From a phage: 64,000 nt of DNA. The stretch is from assembly GCA_026188615.1 (NCBI GenBank), contig GCA_026188615.1_4525.1; one strand, 5' to 3'. A program made the translations under genes and the position numbers. This document shows, one piece after another, positions 9,268 through 18,650 of this stretch. The notes under the pieces were generated by a model. It did not search any database. It saw only the letters and a list, made by a program, of their open reading frames with translations, and had not been told where the DNA came from. Each line of letters opens with the position of its first letter. Position 1 is the first letter of the stretch.

Positions 9268-9816
9268 TTAACGAGCCCATTTGATAATTTCTGTAATCAA
9301 ATAATTACGTTCGCTTGCATTAAATCCTATAACTTTGTTAGCACCATCATGATTAAGTAATTGATACGTTTGGATTTTGTTATGAATTGCAAACTCTTCA
9401 AAATGTGAAATGGCTGTATTAAAACCGAATGAAGACAAAGTAATAAGGTCGTCTTCAAAACTTTCAGTCATTTCGTTACGTGTTAAAATAATTGTGAACA
9501 CATCATGGTTTTGGCAAAGACGAATATAATCCTGTTCATAAACGTCAAGAACCGAGTCCGCATCTTGTCGAATACGTCCATAAACCCAGTTACTAATATA
9601 TCCACGGTCTAACAGATAAATCTTAGTAGGGTCTAAATAATTCAACATCGTTTCGAAACAGCCAACTTCATTTCGAGACTTAACATCGAAACGTCCATCA
9701 ACTGTTCGTTTAGGGAAATCAATCTTTACATATCTTTCACTAATTTCCATTATGTCATTAATGAAAGTTGTTTTACCGGCATTATCCGGGCCATCTACTA
9801 AAATAATTTTAGCCAT
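9268..9816 (-). CDS. P-loop kinase-like protein (thymidylate-kinase-like Walker A)
   Basis: 182 aa; IILVDGPDNAGKTT and DRGYIS motifs; occupies the T4 beta-gt locus together with 9818..10717. Confidence 0.6.
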   Translation of the reverse strand: MAKIILVDGPDNAGKTTFINDIMEISERYVKIDFPKRTVDGRFDVKSRNEVGCFETMLNYLDPTKIYLLDRGYISNWVYGRIRQDADSVLDVYEQDYIRLCQNHDVFTIILTRNEMTESFEDDLITLSSFGFNTAISHFEEFAIHNKIQTYQLLNHDGANKVIGFNASERNYLITEIIKWAR

Positions 9817-9817
9817 T

Positions 9818-10717
9818 TTATTCCTCGATTACGACATCTTCGTATTTAGGTATATTATACGGCGAAGAAATTAAAGCATTAAAGTAGATGAACTCACCAA
9901 GACCTGGATGGAATACTTCTTCAGGATTTTCGAAATATTGAATCTTCGGACGTCCTTTAAGAATTTGATAGTACTCAGTTTTAGTTGGTTTAAAAATTCG
10001 AATCAGCGCTTCTTCAGGATACTTATTTCTGTCGAAGCTATTATTTGGATCGGTTATATAAAGCGGTTGGCCTAATTGAATTGCACATTCAACCACTTGT
10101 TCAAAACGATAGCACGGGTCACTAATTCGAAATGGATGAAAAATACCATCTAGATGAATAGGAGCCAAATCACCTACAAGACGCTGCATGATGGAAGGAC
10201 GTATAACTTTCTGAGTTACGATAATCTTATTACCATCTGCACCTGCGTTAACCAGCACTTCTTTTTGACGTTCATTCAACACAGTAGTTTGAAGTGAACT
10301 ATTAACTGACAACATATCGGTTTTTAAGAATTCGTCAATATAAAAACGTGGTTTATTAGGGTCTGCCGTGATATTGAAATTGAATTCTACATCAAAAGCG
10401 CCGTCATAACCAGTGATATCTGTTATTAGAAAATCACAATCATAATAAGCAATTAATGAATCAACCACAAATTCATTTTCAGACCAGAAATATTTACGAG
10501 TGTTATACGCGTTATCTTTATACCATAATGGAACAAACTTAAATTCTGGGAAAAGACGTTCACATTCTTTAATATCAGATGCATTACGTGGATATGTAAT
10601 CACATCACCTGGATTAGCACGGTGCAAATGAAGTTGGAAGTTGCCATCCTTAAGGATAGCATACTGTCCAGTTTCATAAGACCGCATACTCAAGATAGGT
10701 ACGCGGAAAATAGCCAT
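9818..10717 (-). CDS. hypothetical protein (299 aa) in place of beta-glucosyltransferase
   Basis: No recognisable motif; TAATG stop/start overlap with gene 42, 1-nt gap to downstream kinase-like gene. Confidence 0.6.
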   Translation of the reverse strand: MAIFRVPILSMRSYETGQYAILKDGNFQLHLHRANPGDVITYPRNASDIKECERLFPEFKFVPLWYKDNAYNTRKYFWSENEFVVDSLIAYYDCDFLITDITGYDGAFDVEFNFNITADPNKPRFYIDEFLKTDMLSVNSSLQTTVLNERQKEVLVNAGADGNKIIVTQKVIRPSIMQRLVGDLAPIHLDGIFHPFRISDPCYRFEQVVECAIQLGQPLYITDPNNSFDRNKYPEEALIRIFKPTKTEYYQILKGRPKIQYFENPEEVFHPGLGEFIYFNALISSPYNIPKYEDVVIEE

Positions 10718-11433
10718 TAGTCAAGGAATCCTTTAACATAATCAAAATCACGTTCAAACACATGGGCACTTACCATGGTATGAGTATAATCACCAACTTC
10801 TACACCGCATTCGTTAGCGATATAATGAAGTAATTTTCCTTGGAGATAAAAATCCAACTGCATAACAACAGCACAGTTCTGAGAACGCATATGGCAGTGG
10901 GTATAAAGCTTACCATCACGAATATAATAAGTCACTGAGTCAGTACATGGATATTCAAGCGTTTCGTCTGAATCAAGCAAAGCCTGATCAGAACTTTCTA
11001 GAATTTGGAACACAACTCTTCGGGAGTTAGGCTTCTCTTTAAGTTCTTTTAGAAGAGCTGGTAATTGGGCCGCAATGCGAGGACCATAGAAAGTGTTGAA
11101 GTTCGCCGGCAAAACATCTGATTTTGGTTTAGAAATAAATTTAGCGACATTAGGATATGCCTTAAACGCTTCTTCTGCGTTGGTACCACCAGAAATCATA
11201 AACTTCCAGAAGTCTTCGGCATATTCATAAGAGATGCGGTTAATACGTGGGTCGGTCATTTTGAATGATGATGGAGTGTCAACAACTACTGTCATAGACC
11301 CAATTTCATTACAACGTCCAATACGAGAATCAGTTACGAATTCCGGGTTTTCTAAAATTTCACGATTGACTGCTTTAAATGCGGTTTGAAAATCTGCGGC
11401 TTTGATATATTTCATTGTGTTATGTTTTCCCAT
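10717..11433 (-). CDS. 42: thymidylate-synthase-family dCMP hydroxymethylase (gp42-like)
   Basis: 238 aa; SRRVV, YPCTDSVTYYIRDG, HMRSQN and QLDF align to T4 gp42 NPDSRRGIM / FMCTNTVQYLIRD / NMRSND / RNDY motifs. Confidence 0.75.
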   Translation of the reverse strand: MGKHNTMKYIKAADFQTAFKAVNREILENPEFVTDSRIGRCNEIGSMTVVVDTPSSFKMTDPRINRISYEYAEDFWKFMISGGTNAEEAFKAYPNVAKFISKPKSDVLPANFNTFYGPRIAAQLPALLKELKEKPNSRRVVFQILESSDQALLDSDETLEYPCTDSVTYYIRDGKLYTHCHMRSQNCAVVMQLDFYLQGKLLHYIANECGVEVGDYTHTMVSAHVFERDFDYVKGFLD

Positions 11434-11452
11434 GTTTACCTCAATACAATTT

Positions 11453-11476
11453 ATTATATACTCAATTCATAAAGCT
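11453..11476 (-). promoter_or_regulatory. middle-promoter-like element (AGCTTTA box + TATAAT)
   Basis: MotA-like box 11 nt upstream of TATAAT, ~20 nt upstream of gene 42 ATG. Confidence 0.4.
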
Positions 11477-11715
11477 TATTTGAATTTCTTGGCAATGTTG
11501 ATATAACGTAAAGCTTCAGAATCTATACTTCCAAGAACACTATGAAGGAATGCATCAGTGTAGTATTCCAATTGAACAGGTTCTTTAATCACTTTAGCCG
11601 CTTTGGTTTCAAACAGGCCCATAAGGGCCTTTTTAAGAATTTGTTCGTTAGTGTTCAGTTTCATAGTCAAAATCTCTTCGTTAAGTTTATAATTAAAACT
11701 TTTTCTAGAAATCAT
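11476..11715 (-). CDS. hypothetical protein (79 aa)
   Basis: ATGA start/stop overlap with upstream 386-aa gene; soluble, no motif. Confidence 0.5.
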   Translation of the reverse strand: MISRKSFNYKLNEEILTMKLNTNEQILKKALMGLFETKAAKVIKEPVQLEYYTDAFLHSVLGSIDSEALRYINIAKKFK

Positions 11716-12872
11716 TCCGGGTACCTCAAAGCGTCATCAGAGTTAGTTATATCAATAATAGATATGGAGTTTTCTGCTAACCCGTTTTTAGATAATTGAC
11801 GTTTATAATACCTTTCACAATATGTACACGTTGACCCACAGATTTCATTAGCACAATCAAAATCTGGATGTCTGAACCACCTTTTTTCTAAAAAGCCATC
11901 TAACAAAGAGGTTTCAATATTTACTGTATGTGAAAACTCAGTCTCATTTTCAAGAGTGAAAATAGTCTCTAAAGGCTTCCACAGTTCTAACAAATTACCT
12001 TCAAACTTTTCAGAAGCGTATGCTTCAAGAACTTTCAAAATGTAGTCTGTGCTACCTGTACGTCCTGAAACTTTGAATTGAGTGATACCAATATCATTAT
12101 AAAGTTTCAAATCTTGAGGACGAACAAAACGAGTTCTCAACCAGTTAAATGGGTCTGTATCACGAGCTTTAATACAGTGCTGCATTGGATATCCGTTTAA
12201 GGATTTAGCATCATCAGCTGTAACATCAGTACTATGGAAAATATAGCAAGAGTCACGATAGCTACAATGTGTTGTATACCCTTTACCAGCATTAGAACAG
12301 AACTCATTTACAAGAACTTCAAATATTATATTGTTCTTATTGCAAAACTCTGCTGCACGCTTCAGGAAAGAAACTGAACGGTTCTTATGAATTCCACAGC
12401 AGACCTTTTTGATATTATATTGGTCATGCAAGTATTTGATTTGAGTTACAGCATCGACATGTAGAATTGTTGAAACTTCAATCTCAATGTCTTTATTGAC
12501 TTCACGAACAATTTCCATAACAACAGGGTTAGCGATAGTAATACGCCATACGCCTATTGACCAAAGATACTGAACATAATCCTGAATAGCTTTCTTCTTC
12601 CACTCAACTAGTTCTCTTTTTGAACCAGGATTTATCGTGTTGAGTGTATAGTTAAAGCAAATACCTAATTCGTTACAACGTTTAACGTAGTCTTCTAACA
12701 TCTTTTTGTCAACGTCAGGAAGCCTAAAATCAGGTCTGGCTGCTACAAAAGCCATTTCTCTTGTAGAGCCGTATACTTCGTTTATCAAGCTATTAGGATA
12801 AGTTTTATTGAGCTCTACGATTTTATCAAGAAGAGCTAAATCAAAATTCGTTCCGATTTTAAAAGTATTCAT
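11712..12872 (-). CDS. Cys-rich hypothetical enzyme (386 aa)
   Basis: Multiple Cys clusters (KVCCGIH; NEFCSN...HCSYRDSC; C-terminal CANEICGSTCTYC); weak resemblance to Fe-S/TIM-barrel enzymes, not assignable. Confidence 0.55.
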   Translation of the reverse strand: MNTFKIGTNFDLALLDKIVELNKTYPNSLINEVYGSTREMAFVAARPDFRLPDVDKKMLEDYVKRCNELGICFNYTLNTINPGSKRELVEWKKKAIQDYVQYLWSIGVWRITIANPVVMEIVREVNKDIEIEVSTILHVDAVTQIKYLHDQYNIKKVCCGIHKNRSVSFLKRAAEFCNKNNIIFEVLVNEFCSNAGKGYTTHCSYRDSCYIFHSTDVTADDAKSLNGYPMQHCIKARDTDPFNWLRTRFVRPQDLKLYNDIGITQFKVSGRTGSTDYILKVLEAYASEKFEGNLLELWKPLETIFTLENETEFSHTVNIETSLLDGFLEKRWFRHPDFDCANEICGSTCTYCERYYKRQLSKNGLAENSISIIDITNSDDALRYPE

Positions 12873-12928
12873 TTTTTTGCATCTCGCGTTAATTGATGCG
12901 ATGGTTTTTGCAGGTCTTACTTAAATTA

Positions 12929-13330
12929 TTATAGATTCGGTTTATATGATTTAAATGTTTCGAATTCGCCTTTATTCATAAGAGCTTTGAATTCGTCAGG
13001 ACGCATAGCTTTGTCGTCGATAATCCAATCATATACTGGTTTATGTGTTAGCAAATTATGGTACTTCAAACCAATGTTTTCCAAGTTCTGAATCAGACTT
13101 GGGAGAATGTCAATTGCTATACGACCAGGACCTACTGACTTCATACCACGAGCAGTGTAAAGCGTTATGGTATGCCCTGCATCATACAGGGCATTAATGG
13201 CAGACACCATTTCGACGTCTGGTTTGAAGTTCACGTAATCACGATTGTTATTCCATTCCGTGATGCAATCATCGACATCAAAACAAAGATTAAGCATGTT
13301 TTCTACACGGTGCATTAGATTCGTTCCCAT
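12929..13330 (-). CDS. HAD-superfamily phosphatase (KdsC-like small sugar-phosphate phosphatase)
   Basis: 133 aa; motif I FDVDDCIT, motif II ITLYTAR, motif IV WIIDDK; 16-nt overlap with upstream gene. Confidence 0.65.
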   Translation of the reverse strand: MGTNLMHRVENMLNLCFDVDDCITEWNNNRDYVNFKPDVEMVSAINALYDAGHTITLYTARGMKSVGPGRIAIDILPSLIQNLENIGLKYHNLLTHKPVYDWIIDDKAMRPDEFKALMNKGEFETFKSYKPNL

Positions 13331-15000
13331 TGATGAGTGATATCGCCACCGATTGGACGATAGGAAACACCAGTTTCTTTATCAGTTAGTACCCATTTAC
13401 CCGGATTTTTTGTAATCAGAGTAGCCGTTACAGGTTCTGCTACGTCATAACTAATAGAGCCGTCTTGAAGTACACGGCCCATGTTACGTAATTGCTTAGT
13501 CAGAAGTTCCATACCTTTATAATATGCGGCTACCGCTTTAAGTGGATTATTCTTGAAATAACCACCTAATGCAATCCAGATAATTGCTACAGCCAAATGA
13601 TGATACTCGTTAAACGAACTCATCTTTCCATATTTGTAAACTAATGGATTGATGTTAATAGTCACATTACAAGTTGTTTCATCAATAGTAAACTGTCCCC
13701 AGGCCGGATTAGCATTGAATTCATCATAACCTGAAACAGCATAAAGCACTTTAGCTTCATCATATAATTTTGGCCCGTAAATCTTGGTTTCGCCAAAATA
13801 TCCACGAGGGTCGATAAACTTGACTTCACCGTTATCAGTAATCATAGTATTACTGAAGTTCGGGTCACCATGAATAACAGAGTACTGTCCCTGAGAACGA
13901 TTATGATAACGAATAAGGTGTTCTAAAGCTTGTTTCAGCATTGGCTTCAGACGTCCAATCTTAGTGTAGTTCACATGTGTGATTTTACCAAATGAATCAA
14001 TCAATGGTTGAATGCTTTCACAACGATCAATAACTTTCGTATAGAATTCTTTAGTGAAATCACGACGAACAGTTTCAGGACTTACAAAATAAGTGTCTGT
14101 GCTGAATTTCAGTGCATCTAAAATTGCATCAACAATTTGTGGACGAGCAAGACTTGATTTGGATTTAATATATTCAAATGCCGGCTTACCTTTAATGCGT
14201 TCCATTTCAAAATTATTTTCATTAACAGAAACTAACTGAGGAACTGAATCTGATTTCACTTTAAGATACCATGAAATCTCATCTTTCTGAAGAGCTCGAC
14301 CCTGTTCGGTTAATGCGAATTTAGTTACAGTTTCTTCACCAATTTCAACTGCATTAAAACTACGGTTCAGTTCACGAACTTCATGAGCTTTTTCAAGTTT
14401 AGGCATATCACCTAAATCAATTAGATTCATAAGCTCTGATTTATTGAATGCGCTACCGTAAAGGAATTCTACGAAATCACGTCCTTTGCAGTATTCATGA
14501 ATTTCTTCATCGGTGGAACCCATATAGAATTCCCAGTCTTTGAACTGATAAATTCCTACAACATTACCACCTGTTGAACCTACGTTAGTGATATTTTCAC
14601 CGTCGAAATTATATCGACATTCGTCACCCTTAACATAGATTGCGTTAACATTCCAAGACCATGAACCAAAATCCGGAATAATATCACACCAGTTAACAAT
14701 TACATTATGGCCGTCTAAATCTTTGTGTAATTTAGCAAGAGCATAAGCAGAACCATACGCTTCATCAACTGTACGAATAGTCACATTGAACCCTTCTTGC
14801 TCACAATAAGCTCGAACAGTTTCAGCAAATTTTGAATGAACTACTACAATAATTTCATCTGCGCCAAGGTCAGAATAAATTGTATACAAATTGCTCAGAA
14901 TAGTGTCTTGTTTATAGTTAACAAGCACCTTAGGAATATGATGCGTTATTGGATACAAACGAGTTGCCAGTCCAGCACCAAGAATAACAGCTTTTTTCAT
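13315..15000 (-). CDS. bifunctional sugar-1-phosphate nucleotidyltransferase / APH-type sugar kinase
   Basis: 561 aa; N-terminus KKAVILGAGLATRLYPIT (RmlA/GalU-type G-x-G-T-R-x-x-P-x-T); C-terminal VIHGDPNFSN...KFIDPRGYFG (aminoglycoside/choline-kinase-like). Confidence 0.7.
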   Translation of the reverse strand: MKKAVILGAGLATRLYPITHHIPKVLVNYKQDTILSNLYTIYSDLGADEIIVVVHSKFAETVRAYCEQEGFNVTIRTVDEAYGSAYALAKLHKDLDGHNVIVNWCDIIPDFGSWSWNVNAIYVKGDECRYNFDGENITNVGSTGGNVVGIYQFKDWEFYMGSTDEEIHEYCKGRDFVEFLYGSAFNKSELMNLIDLGDMPKLEKAHEVRELNRSFNAVEIGEETVTKFALTEQGRALQKDEISWYLKVKSDSVPQLVSVNENNFEMERIKGKPAFEYIKSKSSLARPQIVDAILDALKFSTDTYFVSPETVRRDFTKEFYTKVIDRCESIQPLIDSFGKITHVNYTKIGRLKPMLKQALEHLIRYHNRSQGQYSVIHGDPNFSNTMITDNGEVKFIDPRGYFGETKIYGPKLYDEAKVLYAVSGYDEFNANPAWGQFTIDETTCNVTININPLVYKYGKMSSFNEYHHLAVAIIWIALGGYFKNNPLKAVAAYYKGMELLTKQLRNMGRVLQDGSISYDVAEPVTATLITKNPGKWVLTDKETGVSYRPIGGDITHQWERI

Positions 15001-15041
15001 GTTGAAGTCCTCATTGGTAAGTAGGAGTATTGTACACTATT

Positions 15042-15185
15042 CTAGTTAAAGCATTCATACTTTGCTTGTAGTCCAATCATAATCCATCCAATTACAAGTG
15101 TTGGAATCATTACTGGAGCCGTTAAGCTCCAGTAGATAGTCATGACAAGCATCAATAGTAAAAGTCCTATTGTTATTGCTTTCAT
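15042..15185 (-). CDS. small hydrophobic peptide (47 aa), not in ORF track
   Basis: MKAITIGLLLLMLVMTIYWSLTAPVMIPTLVIGWIMIGLQAKYECFN; its ATG overlaps the TGA of the SIS gene (ATGA); ends 42 nt before the nucleotidyltransferase start. Confidence 0.5.
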   Translation of the reverse strand: MKAITIGLLLLMLVMTIYWSLTAPVMIPTLVIGWIMIGLQAKYECFN

Positions 15186-15817
15186 TGTTCGCCTCGTAAC
15201 ATGGCACCTAGTGCACCGCCTGGATGGAACTTAAGGAAATCATTAGAGGTAAATCCGCGTTCAGACGAAAGGTTGATAGCGAACGTATCGATAAGCGCTA
15301 ACAACAATGTAGTAGACATTGTCGGAGCTAAAGAGTTCTCGTCAACTTCTACTGCGATGCCTGTACAGAAAGAGTAATCAAAAAGGGCTTCATTTTCTTG
15401 TGGAATGTCTGGGTTACAATGCAACAGAATCTGTTTGACGTTCGGTCGAATCATTTTAAGATGCTTAGCCACGCCTATCATTTCTTCAGTTTTACCAGAA
15501 CGACTAATATGAATCAACACGTCATTAGGCGCAATAAATCCTGCATCACCGTGAGAATAATGTCCAGTGTTCAAGTACATACTCGGGATACCGAGTGAAG
15601 CAAATGTCTCAGAAGCTTTAGTTGCAATATTAGCATTCTTACCAACACCTGTAATAATTACTCGGCTTTCATAATTACTAAGTCCCGGGCGTCGAAGAGT
15701 TTCTAGAATAGCATTATAACGAGCAGGGTTTTGACTAATTACTTTGGCCATAGCGGCCAAAGAAGAAGCTTGTTTTATGATTGCGTCAATAGCGATAGTA
15801 ATAGGAGTAGTTTTCAT
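15182..15817 (-). CDS. SIS-domain sugar-phosphate isomerase (KdsD/GutQ arabinose-5-phosphate isomerase-like, no CBS domains)
   Basis: 211 aa; GVGKNANIATKASETFASLG and FHPGGALG motifs typical of SIS isomerases. Confidence 0.7.
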   Translation of the reverse strand: MKTTPITIAIDAIIKQASSLAAMAKVISQNPARYNAILETLRRPGLSNYESRVIITGVGKNANIATKASETFASLGIPSMYLNTGHYSHGDAGFIAPNDVLIHISRSGKTEEMIGVAKHLKMIRPNVKQILLHCNPDIPQENEALFDYSFCTGIAVEVDENSLAPTMSTTLLLALIDTFAINLSSERGFTSNDFLKFHPGGALGAMLRGEQ

Positions 15818-15857
15818 ATTTCTCTCATTTAATTAGTTTACCGTCCATGACATTATA

Positions 15858-18569
15858 TCAAAAATCGAACATATCGAACAGAGATGCTTTCTTCTCATAA
15901 TCGAGTTTCGCTGCTGATGTGAATCCTTCAAGTGGTTTAATAAATGTCTTCTCAAGGAGAACAGTGTAGTCCATCCAATGAAGTACATCATCTTTGATTA
16001 AATCAGTGATTTCCGTACCAGAAGGCCATGCGATACATTTATCACCGAATGGGTTTCCTTCACGTAAAGGCAGAACATATACTTTTTCACCTTCTACAAC
16101 TTGCGGCGCATCGATATTACCTTTGATAGCCCGGTTATACGTCAGAATTCCACGAATATGGAACGGGCATTTGGGACCAGGGAATCCACCGACGTCATAT
16201 TTAGCAATGTTATTCGCAGAAGATACCGACGCGATGCTAATATAATTCAATTGACGGAATTCTTTTTCAAACTCTTTAAAATATTCTTGTAATGATTCTT
16301 CACCTTCTTGAAGCATACGACGAATACATTCCTTAAGAGCTTTCTGTACTGCTTTAGGGGTTGAAGATTTCTGTGTTTCGAGACCCATGATTTTAAGCTT
16401 AGGTTCAGCGTATCTAGTTCCTTCCATATCCCACACGTTTAATGCATAACGTTTCTTACCAGTCCAGAATCCACCAATACCTTTAGAACCGAGCGGAGGA
16501 CCAGCGATAGCTTCTCGGTCCATGAACATCAAATGTTGTTTATTGTTCATGTATTCACACATTTCACGGAAACCTCTATCAATAGCTGGTTCCATACGTT
16601 CACGTGCAAACTTATCTAAGAAGTCTACCCAATGGTTAGTATCACGGAATTTAGATTCACCAACCTTATCGATAATTTTATCAGCAGATACGTAAATAGA
16701 GTCTGTATCACCATAAAGAACGAAAGCTTCGCCTTCTGTACCACAAACTTCATTCAGGTATTCATTAACTTTACGTTCAATCCACTGTAAAGCCATTTGC
16801 CCGAATGTTGTGATTGCAGTAGCATTACGCAAATCATAATAACGGAACCAAACGTTGCCAAGTGCACCATAAAGTGAGTTGATAAGCAATTTACGGTTAA
16901 TCTGTGCAGTCATACCTGCAACTTCAGTACGTTGAGCTCTAAACAACATTTCATTAAGAGATTTAGCAGACAACTTTTTAATCTTTTCTTTAATCTCATC
17001 GCTGAAGTCGAAACGATAATCAACATCTAATGGTTCGTCAACAGAAAGATTAGGATTATGCAATGCCTCTTTAATTATTTCACCATTACGTTGAGCTGCA
17101 AGCATGTAACCTTTATGTTCTTTACGTTGATTAAAGACCTTAGTGATTTCAGTTGGAACTACACCATCACGGTCTTTATAATACATCATGCCGTTAGGAG
17201 AACAACTGTACACATCTGAAGGACGTTCAGCGATTGCGTTAATATAATCATGCAATGGAGCTACTTTAAACGTTCCTGCTATTGTTTCTGGGCTAATATT
17301 CACTTGGCGAATAATACTTGGATACAGAGATGTAAGGTCGAAACTCATTACATATTTGTATCGATTTGGAATAGGTTCCTTAACAAAAGCGCCAGGATAA
17401 GGTTGAACCGGGTGAGAACGACCTTGTGGAATCACCTTGTTCTGCTCTTTAAGGCTATTAAAAATAATAGCATCCCATGTTTTAATTGGGCTAAACACAG
17501 ATTGAATCTGTATCTTAGCATAATAACCCATGTCCAAGCTCAAGTTGATGAACTGACGCTTAGCATCAATTTGCAATACACGATACACGTCGATAATGTT
17601 ATAAGAAATATATCGTTGGTGATTGCTTTCACGAAGCTTAGAAATAGGGCCGTCATATTTCAGTTTACCAACGTTCAATTCAAATTCTGAAATGTAATCC
17701 AGAGAATATGACGGTTGGTTCGTGAAAGAGAACTTTTTGTAAAGGTCAATGTAATCAAGAACAGAGATACCGAACAATGTAATGATTTCACGAGAACCAT
17801 ACATGTTTTCGATAACTTTAACACGAGTTTTACGATGTGGTGATAAACGTTTCGCAGTAGATTCGCCAAAAATATTCTTGATTCGGTTATACACATATGG
17901 AATATCAAATGACTCAACGTTCCATCCAGTCAAAATGACAGGAGTTTTCTGTTGCCAGAAGTTGAGATATTCCATCAATAATTCTTTTTCATTATCAAAC
18001 GGCATATAAACGATTTTGTCGATAATTTCGGATGGAACTTCATCACCACCTTGTTCTTGAAGCTTAGCTGCAATTTCGATAGACCATTCTTCTACATTAC
18101 CATATGGAGAATTCAATAGATCAAATACGTAGAACCTGTCGTCAATTGAGTCATAATGGGTGATAGCATCAATCGGATGTTTTGCTTGTGACGGCTCAGG
18201 GAACCCGTCCGGAGATGTTACTTCGATGTCGAAGTTAGCCACACGAATTTTTGTATGGTCGTATTTGATTTCATAGTTATAAGTGTCAGACAAATACGCC
18301 AATTTGAAATCGTCCATGCCAAGTGCTTCAAGTCCGATATCTTCCATGCGTTTAATCCATTGGGAGGCATCACGCATATTAGCGAACAACTTACGAGTAC
18401 ACGGCTTACCGTAGATATCGAAATATTTCGTAGCCTGACTTTCTGGACAATGAGCAAACAGTGATGGTTTATATTCTACTTCACGAGTACGTTCACGACC
18501 GTTAGAATCGATGTAACGTTCAAAAATTGAATCACCAATCTGTTCAACCGTTAAGTAAAATTCTTTCAT
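15858..18569 (-). CDS. 43: DNA polymerase gp43 (family B)
   Basis: 903 aa; MKEFYLTVEQIGDSIFERYIDSNGRERTREVEYKPSLFAHC... matches my recollection of RB69 gp43; exo and pol motifs (FDIEV, YGDTDS) present. Confidence 0.97.
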   Translation of the reverse strand: MKEFYLTVEQIGDSIFERYIDSNGRERTREVEYKPSLFAHCPESQATKYFDIYGKPCTRKLFANMRDASQWIKRMEDIGLEALGMDDFKLAYLSDTYNYEIKYDHTKIRVANFDIEVTSPDGFPEPSQAKHPIDAITHYDSIDDRFYVFDLLNSPYGNVEEWSIEIAAKLQEQGGDEVPSEIIDKIVYMPFDNEKELLMEYLNFWQQKTPVILTGWNVESFDIPYVYNRIKNIFGESTAKRLSPHRKTRVKVIENMYGSREIITLFGISVLDYIDLYKKFSFTNQPSYSLDYISEFELNVGKLKYDGPISKLRESNHQRYISYNIIDVYRVLQIDAKRQFINLSLDMGYYAKIQIQSVFSPIKTWDAIIFNSLKEQNKVIPQGRSHPVQPYPGAFVKEPIPNRYKYVMSFDLTSLYPSIIRQVNISPETIAGTFKVAPLHDYINAIAERPSDVYSCSPNGMMYYKDRDGVVPTEITKVFNQRKEHKGYMLAAQRNGEIIKEALHNPNLSVDEPLDVDYRFDFSDEIKEKIKKLSAKSLNEMLFRAQRTEVAGMTAQINRKLLINSLYGALGNVWFRYYDLRNATAITTFGQMALQWIERKVNEYLNEVCGTEGEAFVLYGDTDSIYVSADKIIDKVGESKFRDTNHWVDFLDKFARERMEPAIDRGFREMCEYMNNKQHLMFMDREAIAGPPLGSKGIGGFWTGKKRYALNVWDMEGTRYAEPKLKIMGLETQKSSTPKAVQKALKECIRRMLQEGEESLQEYFKEFEKEFRQLNYISIASVSSANNIAKYDVGGFPGPKCPFHIRGILTYNRAIKGNIDAPQVVEGEKVYVLPLREGNPFGDKCIAWPSGTEITDLIKDDVLHWMDYTVLLEKTFIKPLEGFTSAAKLDYEKKASLFDMFDF

Positions 18570-18616
18570 TTAATTTCCTTTAGACGAGTTATTGTCTTTT
18601 GTTTGTTGATGAACTT

Positions 18617-18647
18617 ATTATACTCCAAATGGGACCGAAGTCCCATT
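18617..18647 (-). promoter_or_regulatory. regA-43 intergenic hairpin (AATGGGAC-UUCG-GUCCCAUU) abutting a TATAAT element
   Basis: 8-bp stem with UUCG tetraloop on the transcript, 5 nt upstream of TATAAT, ~50 nt upstream of gene 43 ATG. Confidence 0.45.
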
Positions 18648-18650
18648 GCT

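Noticed and set aside
12873-12928. GCATC/GATGC hairpin flanked by T runs as a terminator inside the sugar module
   Set aside because: On the minus strand the hairpin is followed by A's, not U's; genes on both sides appear co-transcribed. More likely an mRNA structure near the weak RBS of the 386-aa gene
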